Shown: positions 28,551 to 37,901 of the stretch, piece by piece | Layout: every line of letters begins with the position of its first letter | How positions within the stretch are numbered: the stretch's first letter is position 1 | Origin: Patescibacteria group bacterium | GTDB taxonomy: Bacteria; Patescibacteriota; Minisyncoccia; Phycocordibacterales; Phycocordibacteraceae | Reading direction: 5' to 3' | DNA length: 64,000 nucleotides | NCBI GenBank assembly: GCA_018970425.1 | Contig: JAGWWK010000002.1 | Span: 7,891 to 71,890 of the forward strand | Program-made: the position numbers and the translations under genes | The notes under the pieces: generated by a model | Told to the model about the DNA's origin: nothing | The model's database searches: none | What the model saw: the letters and a program-made list of their open reading frames with translations, nothing else

Positions 28551-29208
28551 GAAGACGGGTGAGCGGGTGCTCGCGGCAGTCGTGCGGGCGCGCGGGGCAG
28601 ATGTAGCGACCATAGAGTACGAGGCCATTATTAACATACTTCCAATCTTTTTTCGGTACGAGGGTCTCGAGGTCATGCGATATCTTTGTGAGGTCAGTGT
28701 TCCGTGTGAGACCGAAGCGCTGCGCGAAGCGCTTCACATGCGTGTCTGTCGGTATGCCGTCGTACTCGTCTAAAAGCTCGCCGCGAATGACATGCGCGGT
28801 CTTATACCCTATGCCGGGGAGCGCAACCAGTTCAGAGTACCCCATTCCCGTAAATCGTTGTGCCGCTTCAATAACATGACGTGCTTTTGTTCGAAAGAAG
28901 GTGATGGAAGAAATTTCTTTCTGGAGTGTTTCAAGATCCGCCCGAGCAAAGTCCGCAGGCGTTCTATATTTTTTAAACAGCGTTCGCGTCACGCGGTTTA
29001 CTACCTTGTCTGTGCATTGTGCTGAGAGCATAACCGCGACAACGAGCTGAAACGGCGTATCGTAGAGGAGCTCGGTCTTAGGGACCGGATACGCGCGCTT
29101 CAAGTACGCGACAAGCGTCGCGGCGCGTGCGCGTCGCGCCGCATTACGCGCGGGCGCTGAGGTCCGTGAGGACCTGACTCGCGTGCGTGAGTGGATTGAC
29201 TTTTTCAT
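28534..29208 (-). CDS. nth: endonuclease III
   Basis: PFQLVVAVMLSAQCTD, LPGIGYKTA, DTHV.R; start overlaps bcp. Confidence 0.9.
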   Translation of the reverse strand: MKKSIHSRTRVRSSRTSAPARNAARRARAATLVAYLKRAYPVPKTELLYDTPFQLVVAVMLSAQCTDKVVNRVTRTLFKKYRTPADFARADLETLQKEISSITFFRTKARHVIEAAQRFTGMGYSELVALPGIGYKTAHVIRGELLDEYDGIPTDTHVKRFAQRFGLTRNTDLTKISHDLETLVPKKDWKYVNNGLVLYGRYICPARPHDCREHPLTRLLEKKK

Positions 29209-29608
29209 ATACAACCGCAACACGACCTTCAGGGTCAACAAGGTACGATGTGCGCGAAATACCCTCGTACGAGCGACCGAGAAATGTTTTCTTTCCCCAG
29301 ACGCCGTAGGCCTTCAGCATATCGTGTCCTGTATCTGAGAGGAGCGTGAATGGTAGCTCGTACTTAGTGGCAAACTTTTTATGGCTCTCTACGGAGTCTG
29401 CTGAAACCCCGAAAATCTTTGCCTTCTTAGTATCAAAAGCGGGAAAATCATCACGCAAAGCGCACGCCTCCTTGGTGCACCCTGGCGTGTCATCCTTGGG
29501 GTAAAAGTAAATCAAGACCCATTGCCCTGCGTAGTCCCTCAGAGAGTGCATAACGCCGTCCTGGTCGGGCAAAGTAAAATCTGGTGCCTGTTGTCCTGTG
29601 GTAAGCAT
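29144..29608 (-). CDS. bcp: thioredoxin-dependent peroxiredoxin Bcp
   Basis: YFYPKDDTPGCTKEAC. Confidence 0.95.
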   Translation of the reverse strand: MLTTGQQAPDFTLPDQDGVMHSLRDYAGQWVLIYFYPKDDTPGCTKEACALRDDFPAFDTKKAKIFGVSADSVESHKKFATKYELPFTLLSDTGHDMLKAYGVWGKKTFLGRSYEGISRTSYLVDPEGRVAVVYEKVNPLTHASQVLTDLSARA

Positions 29609-29626
29609 GCGCTCAGTGTACCGCGC

Positions 29627-30871
29627 TCACGCGCGACCCGCCAAAATCTCAAGCGCTACCCGTCTACCTTCTTCAATCGCACCATGGGCGGTGCCCGGAT
29701 GTCCTCGCGTATTCGTCGCCTCCCCGCAGTAGTAGAGCGTATCGGCAATAGGTCGAGCTAAAATATCGCGCGTATCCTCCATTCCGACCGTAGGAAACGA
29801 GTACGATCCATACGCATACGGATCGCTACTCCAGGTGATATGCCGCGCATGTGAGATAAGATGCCGCACCCCGGCACCAAGCGCGTCCGAGAGGTCTTGC
29901 ATACCCGCCTCAATCGCATCTGCCTCGCTCATGCGCGCGAGTTCGTTCGCACGCGCTCCGCCGCTGTACCCCACGAGTACCGGCTCTTCCCCGAACCAGC
30001 GTTGCCACCAGTGACCTACAGGTCCGTCAGTATCGATCATACGGAACGGGGGTAGGTGTCCGCTCATCCAAAAAAGCATTTTAGTGGAGTTACCAAAACC
30101 GACCGCGCGCACGCCTTGCTCAAACGCCTGCGGGAGCGCCGGCATAAATTCTGGAGGACATTTCTTCATCACACCAATCGGGATAGTGAACACGAGCCGC
30201 GGTGCTTCAAAATGCGCACCGTTCTCACACTCAACGGCAACGCGACCCTCGGCCCAGCGCACACGCACGGCGCGGTGCCGCAGGCGAATATCAAGCCCCT
30301 CGGCATAGCCGCGCATCACGCGATCGTATCCGTCCGTGATCCAAAAGTTTTTCCCCCCGTTTGTCGCGAGTCGCTCTTCGTGGACGATGCCGCGCACCGA
30401 CAGGAGTCCGGGGTCCGCCGCTTCTATGTCGCCAATCTCGCGGACTTTGTAAAAGGCCGCCTCTTCGTCTGTGGCGTTTTTGCGAAAATATTCAGCGACC
30501 GACATGTCTGGACCATCATATGACCAGAGCTCATCGTCAACCGCACGAAAACGCTGGAACAAATCTTCGGAATCATCTCGTATCTGCCCTCCTTTTCCGA
30601 ACAAGCGATAGCTGTCCGCAGTCTCAAGTCCCCATTCCTCGGTTTTCAATTCAAGCGCACGAACCATCTCCCAGGTGGTCGCGTTTTCTCCATGTATAAA
30701 TTCCGCTCCGGCCTCAACGACGCCTCGTTCGCGAAGCGTGTGTACCCTGCCACCAATCCGATCACGCGCCTCAAGGACGACAACGCGCACACCCTTTTTC
30801 ACAAGTTCGCGCGCGGCTGATAGCCCTGCCGGGCCAGCTCCAATCACTACTACATCAAAAGTGTCTGACAC
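29627..30871 (-). CDS. flavin monoamine oxidase family protein
   Basis: GAGPAGL, EARDRIGGR, GAEFIHG, W..DPY..GSYS, GEAT, HGA..G. Confidence 0.88.
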   Translation of the reverse strand: MSDTFDVVVIGAGPAGLSAARELVKKGVRVVVLEARDRIGGRVHTLRERGVVEAGAEFIHGENATTWEMVRALELKTEEWGLETADSYRLFGKGGQIRDDSEDLFQRFRAVDDELWSYDGPDMSVAEYFRKNATDEEAAFYKVREIGDIEAADPGLLSVRGIVHEERLATNGGKNFWITDGYDRVMRGYAEGLDIRLRHRAVRVRWAEGRVAVECENGAHFEAPRLVFTIPIGVMKKCPPEFMPALPQAFEQGVRAVGFGNSTKMLFWMSGHLPPFRMIDTDGPVGHWWQRWFGEEPVLVGYSGGARANELARMSEADAIEAGMQDLSDALGAGVRHLISHARHITWSSDPYAYGSYSFPTVGMEDTRDILARPIADTLYYCGEATNTRGHPGTAHGAIEEGRRVALEILAGRA

Positions 30872-30875
30872 CTCT

Positions 30876-31430
30876 TTATTGTGCCACAGCTCGCGTAGCC
30901 ACCACGAACACCGTGTAATTAAACTTCATGTCCTGAATTTTTTCTTCGAGAACGTCAAGTCCGTAAAGCTCCGCCGCCATAGCTGAGGCAACCACCGCGG
31001 TAGTCTCGGGCAGCACGCCGCTCGCGAGATCCTTTGCAGCGAGTGCCGTGTCTGCGTAGGGCACGAGCTCAACGTTCGGCCACATACGCTTCAAATACAT
31101 ACGGCATTGCTTGAGAGCCTGGTCGTGTGAGGTGATCGCCGTTACATCGGATGCAGTCACACCCTTCTTGACGAGTAAGTTTTGATTCACTTCGATTTCA
31201 AACATTTTTTCGATAGCAAAGCGGTGCTTAGCCATGGCGTATACGGCCTCTATAACCACCCCACCAGTCGAGTTTTCTATAGGAAACACGCCACAGTCTA
31301 GTGTTCCGCGTTCGAGCTCGGTGAGCACATTTTCAACAGAGACCAAGAAGATGATCTCCGCGGCAGGATCAACGGTGAGCGCCGCCTGCTGTGAAAAGGC
31401 TCCCGGTGCTCCTGATATTCCGATACGCAT
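30876..31430 (-). CDS. pheA: prephenate dehydratase catalytic domain only (no ACT domain)
   Basis: GAFS..AA, PIENST.G.V, SH.QAL.QC, DTA.AA, IQD...N.T.F. Confidence 0.8.
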   Translation of the reverse strand: MRIGISGAPGAFSQQAALTVDPAAEIIFLVSVENVLTELERGTLDCGVFPIENSTGGVVIEAVYAMAKHRFAIEKMFEIEVNQNLLVKKGVTASDVTAITSHDQALKQCRMYLKRMWPNVELVPYADTALAAKDLASGVLPETTAVVASAMAAELYGLDVLEEKIQDMKFNYTVFVVATRAVAQ

Positions 31431-31435
31431 CATGC

Positions 31436-31442
31436 TAGACTA
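31436..31442. promoter_or_regulatory. overlapping bidirectional -10 element
   Basis: TAGACT (+) and TAGTCT (-), each 6 nt from a divergent ATG. Confidence 0.6.
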
Positions 31443-31447
31443 CCACC

Positions 31448-31915
31448 ATGACACAAGACTTCAAAATACCGAGCGAAGAGGAGCTTAAAGCGCGTCTGTC
31501 TGCCGAGGAGTATGAAGTCTTGCGCAATAAGGGCACCGAGATCCCCTACACTGGTGACTTTTTAACAAAAACTCCTGACGGAACCTTCATCTGTAAGGTG
31601 TGTGGGCAGCCGCTCTTTGAATCGACCGCAAAGTACGAATCACTGACCGGCTGGCCATCGTTCGATCAAGCCATACCAGGTGCAGTGACTGAAAAAGCTG
31701 ACGACTCGCATGGCATGCAGCGAACGGAAATAGTGTGCAGTCGTTGTGGCTCGCACCTGGGGCACGTCTTTGAGGATGGCCCGCGTACCTCGACCGGCAA
31801 GCGCTATTGTGTAAATTCTGTATGCCTCAATCTCGATGAAAGTAAAAAGCCGGCGCCGCGCGCACCGGCTCAAGCAGATACCGAAGAGACTGCGGCAGAA
31901 CCTACCACACCCTAA
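31448..31915 (+). CDS. msrB: peptide-methionine (R)-S-oxide reductase
   Basis: GTE, CxxC, GWPSF, HLGHVF.DGP, RYCVNS. Confidence 0.96.
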   Translation: MTQDFKIPSEEELKARLSAEEYEVLRNKGTEIPYTGDFLTKTPDGTFICKVCGQPLFESTAKYESLTGWPSFDQAIPGAVTEKADDSHGMQRTEIVCSRCGSHLGHVFEDGPRTSTGKRYCVNSVCLNLDESKKPAPRAPAQADTEETAAEPTTP

Positions 31916-32454
31916 TGGCAACGGCAGTCTTTGGCGGAGGATGTTTCTGGTGCACTGAAGCGGTCTTCAAAATGCTGAACGGTGTTTCTTCGGTCCTGCC
32001 GGGCTACGCCGGAGGCACCGTGCCGCACCCTGCCTACGAGGCTGTGTGCAGTGGCACAACCGGACACGCAGAGTGCGTAAAAATTGAGTACGACGAACAG
32101 GTAGTCACTTATCGCGACCTCCTGACCGTTTTTTTCGCATCACACGATCCCTCGACACTGAACCGACAAGGCAACGATGTCGGGACACAGTACCGCTCCG
32201 TCATTTTCTATACCACTCCGGACCAACAGTCAGAAGCGCTCACAATGATAGCTGAAATGAACGCCTCTTCAGAGGGAGGTGCGCCTATACTCACCGCAGT
32301 AGAGCCCCTAACGGAGTTTTACCCCGCCGAGGACTACCACCGCGACTACTATGCCCTGAACAGCCACGCCCCCTACTGTCGAATAGTCATTAACCCCAAG
32401 CTCGAAAAGGTGCAAAAGGACTTCTCCGCACTACTCAAAAACGGCTCAGTATAG
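31915..32454 (+). CDS. msrA: peptide-methionine (S)-S-oxide reductase
   Basis: GGCFWC, GYAGG, GHAE, GTQYRS, AEDYH; TAATG coupling to msrB. Confidence 0.96.
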   Translation: MATAVFGGGCFWCTEAVFKMLNGVSSVLPGYAGGTVPHPAYEAVCSGTTGHAECVKIEYDEQVVTYRDLLTVFFASHDPSTLNRQGNDVGTQYRSVIFYTTPDQQSEALTMIAEMNASSEGGAPILTAVEPLTEFYPAEDYHRDYYALNSHAPYCRIVINPKLEKVQKDFSALLKNGSV

Positions 32455-32468
32455 GCCCACAATATTAC

Positions 32469-32497
32469 TTGACTATACACTGTTTATGGTGTATAAC
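32469..32497 (+). promoter_or_regulatory. sigma70-type promoter of an unannotated small transcript
   Basis: TTGACT-17 bp-TATAAC. Confidence 0.7.
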
Positions 32498-32690
32498 GTA
32501 AATACTACATAATCGCTGGAGGTGGTGCTATTGCTGGACTCCGTGTCCACTGTGTAGTCAAAAGGTCAAATCTTGACGGACGGAGGTCAAGATTTGAAAA
32601 AATAATACGTAATGCTGATGAATAGTCTTGTTGGGATTATAGGTGCTGGTGTTTTGGTAGATGCCGCACGGCGCTAAAACGGACGTAAGT

Positions 32691-32723
32691 AAGTAAACCC
32701 CGCTTCGGCGGGGTCTTTACTTT
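32691..32723 (+). terminator. intrinsic terminator with UUCG loop
   Basis: AAGTAAACCCCGC-TTCG-GCGGGGTCTTTACTTT. Confidence 0.75.
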
Positions 32724-32790
32724 ATTACACTGGCAGCCTCAACCAGAACGTTCACCCCCCCCCGCCCTGTGGCGGGGGTTTTGTTTATGA

Positions 32791-34359
32791 CTAGACAGGT
32801 AGCGCGACCCAGAAGGTAGAACCCTTCCCCTCGCCCGGCGACTCGGCGCCCATCTTCCCCCCGTGCATCGCCACAATATGCTTCGCGATAGACAGTCCTA
32901 TCCCCACGCCCTCGGTGTCGGCACGCTTTGCGGCGTCAGTACGATAGAACGAAGAAAAGATACGTGCTAGATCTGCTTTTGGTATGCCGATACCGCTGTC
33001 GCGCACCGCTAGCCGCACACCGCGACGCTCCGCGCTCAAAGACACATGGACGGATCCTCCATTTCGGTTATACGCAATCGCGTTTTCAATCAGTATGTCA
33101 ACGACTGACGCGAGGCGCGTACTGTCTCCCACCGGCTTGCCCGCGTCTGGGTCGAGCCGAGTGACTACGGAGATATTTTTTTCTTTCAGCGCCGAGTCAA
33201 ACCGCGCGAGAGACGCGTGAATGAGCACGTGCAGGTCTACCGGCTCTTTAGCGTACGCGTACGAGTCCTCATCAATACGCGACGCGTCCATCAGTATGTT
33301 CGTGAGCTCTATGAGGCGTGAGTTAGAGGCGTCAATGCGCTGTAGGCCCGCAACGAGCTCAGGATCACCTTTTGCCCGCTCTAGAAGCCCGGGCACCTCC
33401 CACCTAATGCGTGTGAGGGGCGTGCGGAGTTTGTGTGTCGCTATGGTAATGAACTCATACTTGAGCCGCTCGGTATCACGACTCATTGACCACACGCCGC
33501 GCGCAACCGTCACCGACACCAGAGCCGCAATAAGTGGCACCGTTATAAATGAAAGGTACGGAACGGCGCGCACTAAAAAGTCGTTGACCAAGATGAGCGC
33601 CGCAAACACCGCAGCCAATCCCCCTACTGAAAGTCCGTACACCAGCGCTCGCCGCGCGAGTATGCGGATGTCGAGCAAGTTCACCGCAAAGATGCCGTAC
33701 GCAATCGGAATAAAAAAGAGTCCGAACAGGGAGCCAAAGAGCGGATCAAGCGGTATGTCATACACGAGCGCAAAGTTAAGAGTCCCGAGCGCGTACCCTA
33801 TGAGGAGCATCAGTATGAAGTACTCGTACCGGCGGCGCTCAACACCCTGAGCGCGACGATATGCCGCAATAAGCGCGATAAAGGGCGGGAGCGGAAAGAG
33901 CAAAAAGTACGCGAGCATGACTGAGTACAGCCATCCCGCCTCAAGGTAGAAATAAAAATAGAGTTTCGGCTCTATGAGCGGGAGGAATGCCTGCGGGTCT
34001 GCCCACGCATAGATAAAAATAGCGATACCCGTGAGGTACGTGAGTCGTATGTATGAGCGCCAGGCGCTCGCCCGATTGATACTGTGCAGTACAAAGTGCA
34101 CCACTGCCATCGTGATGAACACATCAACGCTATTCAGAAACCACCAAAAGTATGCAGCAAAGTACTCGCGTTGCAGTGCCGCCAGGATATAGAACACCTG
34201 GTAGAGGAGCGTCGACAGCATGAGAAAGGCAAAAAGCTGGTTGGTCCGCGCACGCGGATTACTGAAAAATACAAACAGCCCGCCCGCGGCAATGATAAGT
34301 GCCGAGAAGGCGTTCCCGGCTATGGTCACAAATAGCTGATCCGGAATACCAAACATCAC
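32791..34359 (-). CDS. sensor histidine kinase with multi-TM (7TM-like) input domain
   Basis: H box THKLRTPL, N box ENAIAY, DSGIGI, GIGLSI, GKGSTF. Confidence 0.93.
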   Translation of the reverse strand: MMFGIPDQLFVTIAGNAFSALIIAAGGLFVFFSNPRARTNQLFAFLMLSTLLYQVFYILAALQREYFAAYFWWFLNSVDVFITMAVVHFVLHSINRASAWRSYIRLTYLTGIAIFIYAWADPQAFLPLIEPKLYFYFYLEAGWLYSVMLAYFLLFPLPPFIALIAAYRRAQGVERRRYEYFILMLLIGYALGTLNFALVYDIPLDPLFGSLFGLFFIPIAYGIFAVNLLDIRILARRALVYGLSVGGLAAVFAALILVNDFLVRAVPYLSFITVPLIAALVSVTVARGVWSMSRDTERLKYEFITIATHKLRTPLTRIRWEVPGLLERAKGDPELVAGLQRIDASNSRLIELTNILMDASRIDEDSYAYAKEPVDLHVLIHASLARFDSALKEKNISVVTRLDPDAGKPVGDSTRLASVVDILIENAIAYNRNGGSVHVSLSAERRGVRLAVRDSGIGIPKADLARIFSSFYRTDAAKRADTEGVGIGLSIAKHIVAMHGGKMGAESPGEGKGSTFWVALPV

Positions 34360-34739
34360 GGGTGCGGCGGACCTGTGAGCGTGCGGACTATCGCGACGAT
34401 ATCCGTGGGCATACTGACCGCCTTCACGAAAAAGTGTTTCGCGCCGAGCTCGGCGGCGCGCCGTACGTCTTCAGGCGAAGAAAGGTTAGAGAGAACGACT
34501 ACCGGAATTTTCTGCGTTGCCATATCGGTTTTCAATCGTCGGAGCACCTCAAACCCCTCAATCTGTGGCAAGAGGAGGTCGAGGAGGATTAGGTTGGGCT
34601 GCCACTTGCTGACAGCGGCAAGACCTGCCGCACCGTCTCGTGCCTGGCGCACCTCGTACCCTGCGGCTTTGAGCGCGCGCTCAATAGTATCGGCAAAAAA
34701 CTTTTCGTCCTCGATGTAGAGGATGCGCGGCGCGGACAT
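34356..34739 (-). CDS. single-domain response regulator (receiver only)
   Basis: IEDE, LLDLLLP, SN, K; overlaps kinase start. Confidence 0.92.
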   Translation of the reverse strand: MSAPRILYIEDEKFFADTIERALKAAGYEVRQARDGAAGLAAVSKWQPNLILLDLLLPQIEGFEVLRRLKTDMATQKIPVVVLSNLSSPEDVRRAAELGAKHFFVKAVSMPTDIVAIVRTLTGPPHP

Positions 34740-34754
34740 GCATTCAGTATAGCG

Positions 34755-35117
34755 CTAGGAGTAGCGATTCGTCCCCTCGTCTTCACGCTTGTGGACTGCG
34801 TCTTCATCGAGTCCCATGTAGTGCCCCACCTCGTGCCAGAGCGTATCCTGTATTACTTGTTCAACTGAGAGTCCGCTCTCGGCGGCTTCAGTCGCAATAG
34901 GGCGCATGTAGAGCGTAATCGTATCCGGGAGTGTCATACCGATACCGTAGTCACCGCCGCGCTCTGACTGCGGTACGCCTTGGTAGAGTCCAAGCAACTC
35001 TCCATCGTCTTCACCCTCTTCAATAAGTACCGCGACATTCTTCATTTGGCGCGCAAACTTTTCCGGCACCTGTGCGAGTGCGTGTACTACTAACTGCTCA
35101 AATTCTTCATACGTCAT
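34755..35117 (-). CDS. minimal zincin-like metallopeptidase (Zincin_1)
   Basis: LLGLYQG.P, PD.ITLY, HEVGHYMG. Confidence 0.88.
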   Translation of the reverse strand: MTYEEFEQLVVHALAQVPEKFARQMKNVAVLIEEGEDDGELLGLYQGVPQSERGGDYGIGMTLPDTITLYMRPIATEAAESGLSVEQVIQDTLWHEVGHYMGLDEDAVHKREDEGTNRYS

Positions 35118-35156
35118 ATGACGAGCATTGAGGACAGACTGCGAGGCGACACGTGT

Positions 35157-36944
35157 CTAGTTCGTACGGCGTGCTTTGGCGCGATCGTTCTCAGTCAGCT
35201 GCTGCTTTCGCAATCGTACGGACGATGGAGTAATTTCGAGGTACTCGTCCTCGCCCATCACCTCAAGCCCTCGTTCAATCGTTAACTCCCATGGCGGCGT
35301 GAGCATAATGGCATCATCCGAGCCGGATGCGCGCATGTTCGTGAGCTGTTTGCCCTTTGTGGGATTCACGGTCATTTCTTCACCCTTCGAGGTGTTACCG
35401 ATCACTTGACCCTCATACACTTCAACCGCGGGGCCGATATAGAGTATGCCGCGATCCTGGAGGTTAAAGAGCGAGAAGCCGAGCGCCTTGCCGCTCGCCA
35501 TTGAAATCATGGAGCCAGTTGCGCGCTTCTTTATCTCGCCCGCGTACGATCGAAACTCAATGAACCTGCTTGAAAGAATGCCTTCGCCCTTGGTGTCAAC
35601 GATGAACTGGTTACGGTACCCCAGGAGTCCGCGTGTCGGCCCCTCAAAGGTCATGCGCACCTGATTCTCGTGCATCTTGAGGTCCTTCATCTGAAACGCG
35701 CGCTGACCAAGGCGTTCAATGATCGCCCCCTGAAATTCGCTCGGCACATCGATAATCACCTCTTCAAACGGCTCGAGCTTTTGCCCTGCTTCTTCTTTAA
35801 TAATGACCTGCGGCTGTGACACCTGCATTTCATAGCCCTCGCGGCGCATGTTCTCTAACAAGATTGAAACATGGAGCTCGCCGCGGCCATACACGCGGAA
35901 GACGTCCGACGCACCAAAATCTACGCGGAGCCCGACATTGACCTCAAGTTCTTTCTCAAGACGCTCGCGAATCTGGCGATTGGTGACGTACTTACCCTCG
36001 CGTCCAGCAAACGGCGAGTTGTTCACTAAGAAGTTAAGCGCAATCGTTGGCTCATCAACGTGAATCGACGGGAGCGAAGGCGCAGACTCATCGGTAGTGA
36101 CAGTCTCACCGATGTAAATGTCAGGAAGTCCCGCAAGCATTACGATGTCTCCCGCTTCTGCCGAGGCGGTTTCTACGCGCTCGAGCCCGGTAAAGCTGAA
36201 AATTTTTACTGTGCGTCCAGTGCGCGTCGGAGCGCCCTCCTTCTTGATAAAGACATTTTGGTTCGGCGTGAGCACTCCTTCGTATACGCGTCCGACTGCC
36301 AAGCGACCGAGGAAGTTATCGTACCCGAGGTTAAACGGCTGAAAGCGGAGCGCAGTACCCTCTCTTGAAGGTAGCGCCGCAGGTACGTGCTCGAGTACCG
36401 TGTCGAGAAGCGGTGTCATATCAGCTCGTGGGTCATCGAGCTTTTTCATAGCCACGCCCTCACGGCCGATCGCATACACTATTGGAAAATTGAATTGATC
36501 ATCATTCGCGCCGAGCTCAAGAAAGAGTTCGTGCACCGCGTCTACAGTCTGCGCTGGGTTTGCGGCGGGCTTGTCTATCTTATTAATCACGACAATAGGT
36601 TGTAGCCCCAGCTCGAGTGACTTTTTAAGCACAAAGCGAGTCTGTGGCATCGGTCCTTCCTGCGCGTCGACGACGAGTAGAACCGAGTCGATAGAGCGCA
36701 AGACGCGCTCCACCTCGCTTCCGAAGTCTGCGTGACCCGGTGTGTCTACGATGTTAATCTTTGTACCCTTGTACTGAATCGAAGCATTTTTAGCGTAAAT
36801 AGTGATACCGCGCTCCTGCTCGAGCTTGTTCGAGTCCATCGAGACCCCCTCCTTCGCAGCGCCAGTCTGACGGAGTATCGCGTCGGTCATGGTCGTTTTC
36901 CCATGGTCGACGTGCGCGATGATTGCTATGTTTCTGATTTCCAT
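35157..36944 (-). CDS. typA: translational GTPase TypA/BipA
   Basis: [37 protein letters not shown]. Confidence 0.97.
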   Translation of the reverse strand: MEIRNIAIIAHVDHGKTTMTDAILRQTGAAKEGVSMDSNKLEQERGITIYAKNASIQYKGTKINIVDTPGHADFGSEVERVLRSIDSVLLVVDAQEGPMPQTRFVLKKSLELGLQPIVVINKIDKPAANPAQTVDAVHELFLELGANDDQFNFPIVYAIGREGVAMKKLDDPRADMTPLLDTVLEHVPAALPSREGTALRFQPFNLGYDNFLGRLAVGRVYEGVLTPNQNVFIKKEGAPTRTGRTVKIFSFTGLERVETASAEAGDIVMLAGLPDIYIGETVTTDESAPSLPSIHVDEPTIALNFLVNNSPFAGREGKYVTNRQIRERLEKELEVNVGLRVDFGASDVFRVYGRGELHVSILLENMRREGYEMQVSQPQVIIKEEAGQKLEPFEEVIIDVPSEFQGAIIERLGQRAFQMKDLKMHENQVRMTFEGPTRGLLGYRNQFIVDTKGEGILSSRFIEFRSYAGEIKKRATGSMISMASGKALGFSLFNLQDRGILYIGPAVEVYEGQVIGNTSKGEEMTVNPTKGKQLTNMRASGSDDAIMLTPPWELTIERGLEVMGEDEYLEITPSSVRLRKQQLTENDRAKARRTN

Positions 36945-36989
36945 AATAAAAAACCGCCCGAAGGCTACATTAATTATAGCATAATTTGA

Positions 36990-37742
36990 TTAAATCGCTA
37001 CAGCACGGATAAGGAGGAAGTGTGGGAACTCGGACTCGTAGCCTTTGCTGCCGGAGTAGATCTCTGAAAGGTCGGCTATGGCGAAGCCTGCATCGCGGAG
37101 CGCGGAGGCATAAGACGCAAGCGGTCGGTGGTAAAAAAAGCTCGTCACCTCGCCTTGACCCGTGCGCTGCGGGAGCGGAATGGTCACCTCAGTTTTATAG
37201 CGGTCGACACGGCGGAACGTCAGTTTTCGTCCCTCGTCCTTCCCCCACCCAGACTGGCGAGGAATGCGGAATGCAGGATGAATCATAAAAATAACGAGCT
37301 CACCTCCCTGCCGTAACAGTTTAGCGGCGTTAGAGAAAGCACTGCGGTGATTATCAATATCTTGAATTGAAAACATAAAGACTGCTCGATCGAACTTTTC
37401 TTTTTCAGGAATTTCTATCCCGTTCGGCCGGGCCACATCGGCGACATAAAAGCGCGCCGTACCGCCGCGTTTCTTTGCCTCGCGGATCATCGCGGGCGAC
37501 TTGTCGACACCGACATAGGAGTGTCCCGCGCCTTCAACCGCTTCGCGGAGCGCACCAAAGCCGCACCCTAGCTCTATGACGCGAAGCGCGCCCCTGCGGG
37601 GGTGCGCTTCGAGCGCACGCATAACTTCAGGAATCGCGTACTGCTTATGAAAGGTGGAACCGCCGCGAGCCCAGCCGGCATACCACGGTGCCATCTCATC
37701 CCAACCAGTTTTGTGCGTCTTCCGCAGAGCGTGCCCCCTCAT
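36990..37742 (-). CDS. class I SAM-dependent methyltransferase
   Basis: ELGCGFG motif I, GVD.S..MI, HP.F and YHRPL motifs. Confidence 0.88.
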   Translation of the reverse strand: MRGHALRKTHKTGWDEMAPWYAGWARGGSTFHKQYAIPEVMRALEAHPRRGALRVIELGCGFGALREAVEGAGHSYVGVDKSPAMIREAKKRGGTARFYVADVARPNGIEIPEKEKFDRAVFMFSIQDIDNHRSAFSNAAKLLRQGGELVIFMIHPAFRIPRQSGWGKDEGRKLTFRRVDRYKTEVTIPLPQRTGQGEVTSFFYHRPLASYASALRDAGFAIADLSEIYSGSKGYESEFPHFLLIRAVAI

Positions 37743-37759
37743 AGGGGTATCATAGCAAA

Positions 37760-37864
37760 TTAGTCGTTACATGGCGCCCCTGGATCGTGCATGCCGCCAC
37801 AATTCGGGCACTCCCCCGTGGCACACACTTCAACTGGCGTCGGTACTATTTGTTCGAAACGCAT
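37760..37864 (-). CDS. 34-aa Cys/His-rich microprotein (putative metal binding)
   Basis: MRFEQIVPTPVEVCATGECPNCGGMHDPGAPCND, C-terminal part of ORF 37760..38080. Confidence 0.5.
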   Translation of the reverse strand: MRFEQIVPTPVEVCATGECPNCGGMHDPGAPCND

Positions 37865-37901
37865 ACAGAGTATAGATAAAATTTTGTAAAAATCGACCTC
37901 C

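Noticed and set aside
29100-29146. TAATG coupling at bcp stop as the nth start or a frameshift
   Set aside because: That ATG is out of frame with nth and closes after 14 codons; an in-frame ATG at 29208 gives an intact gene.
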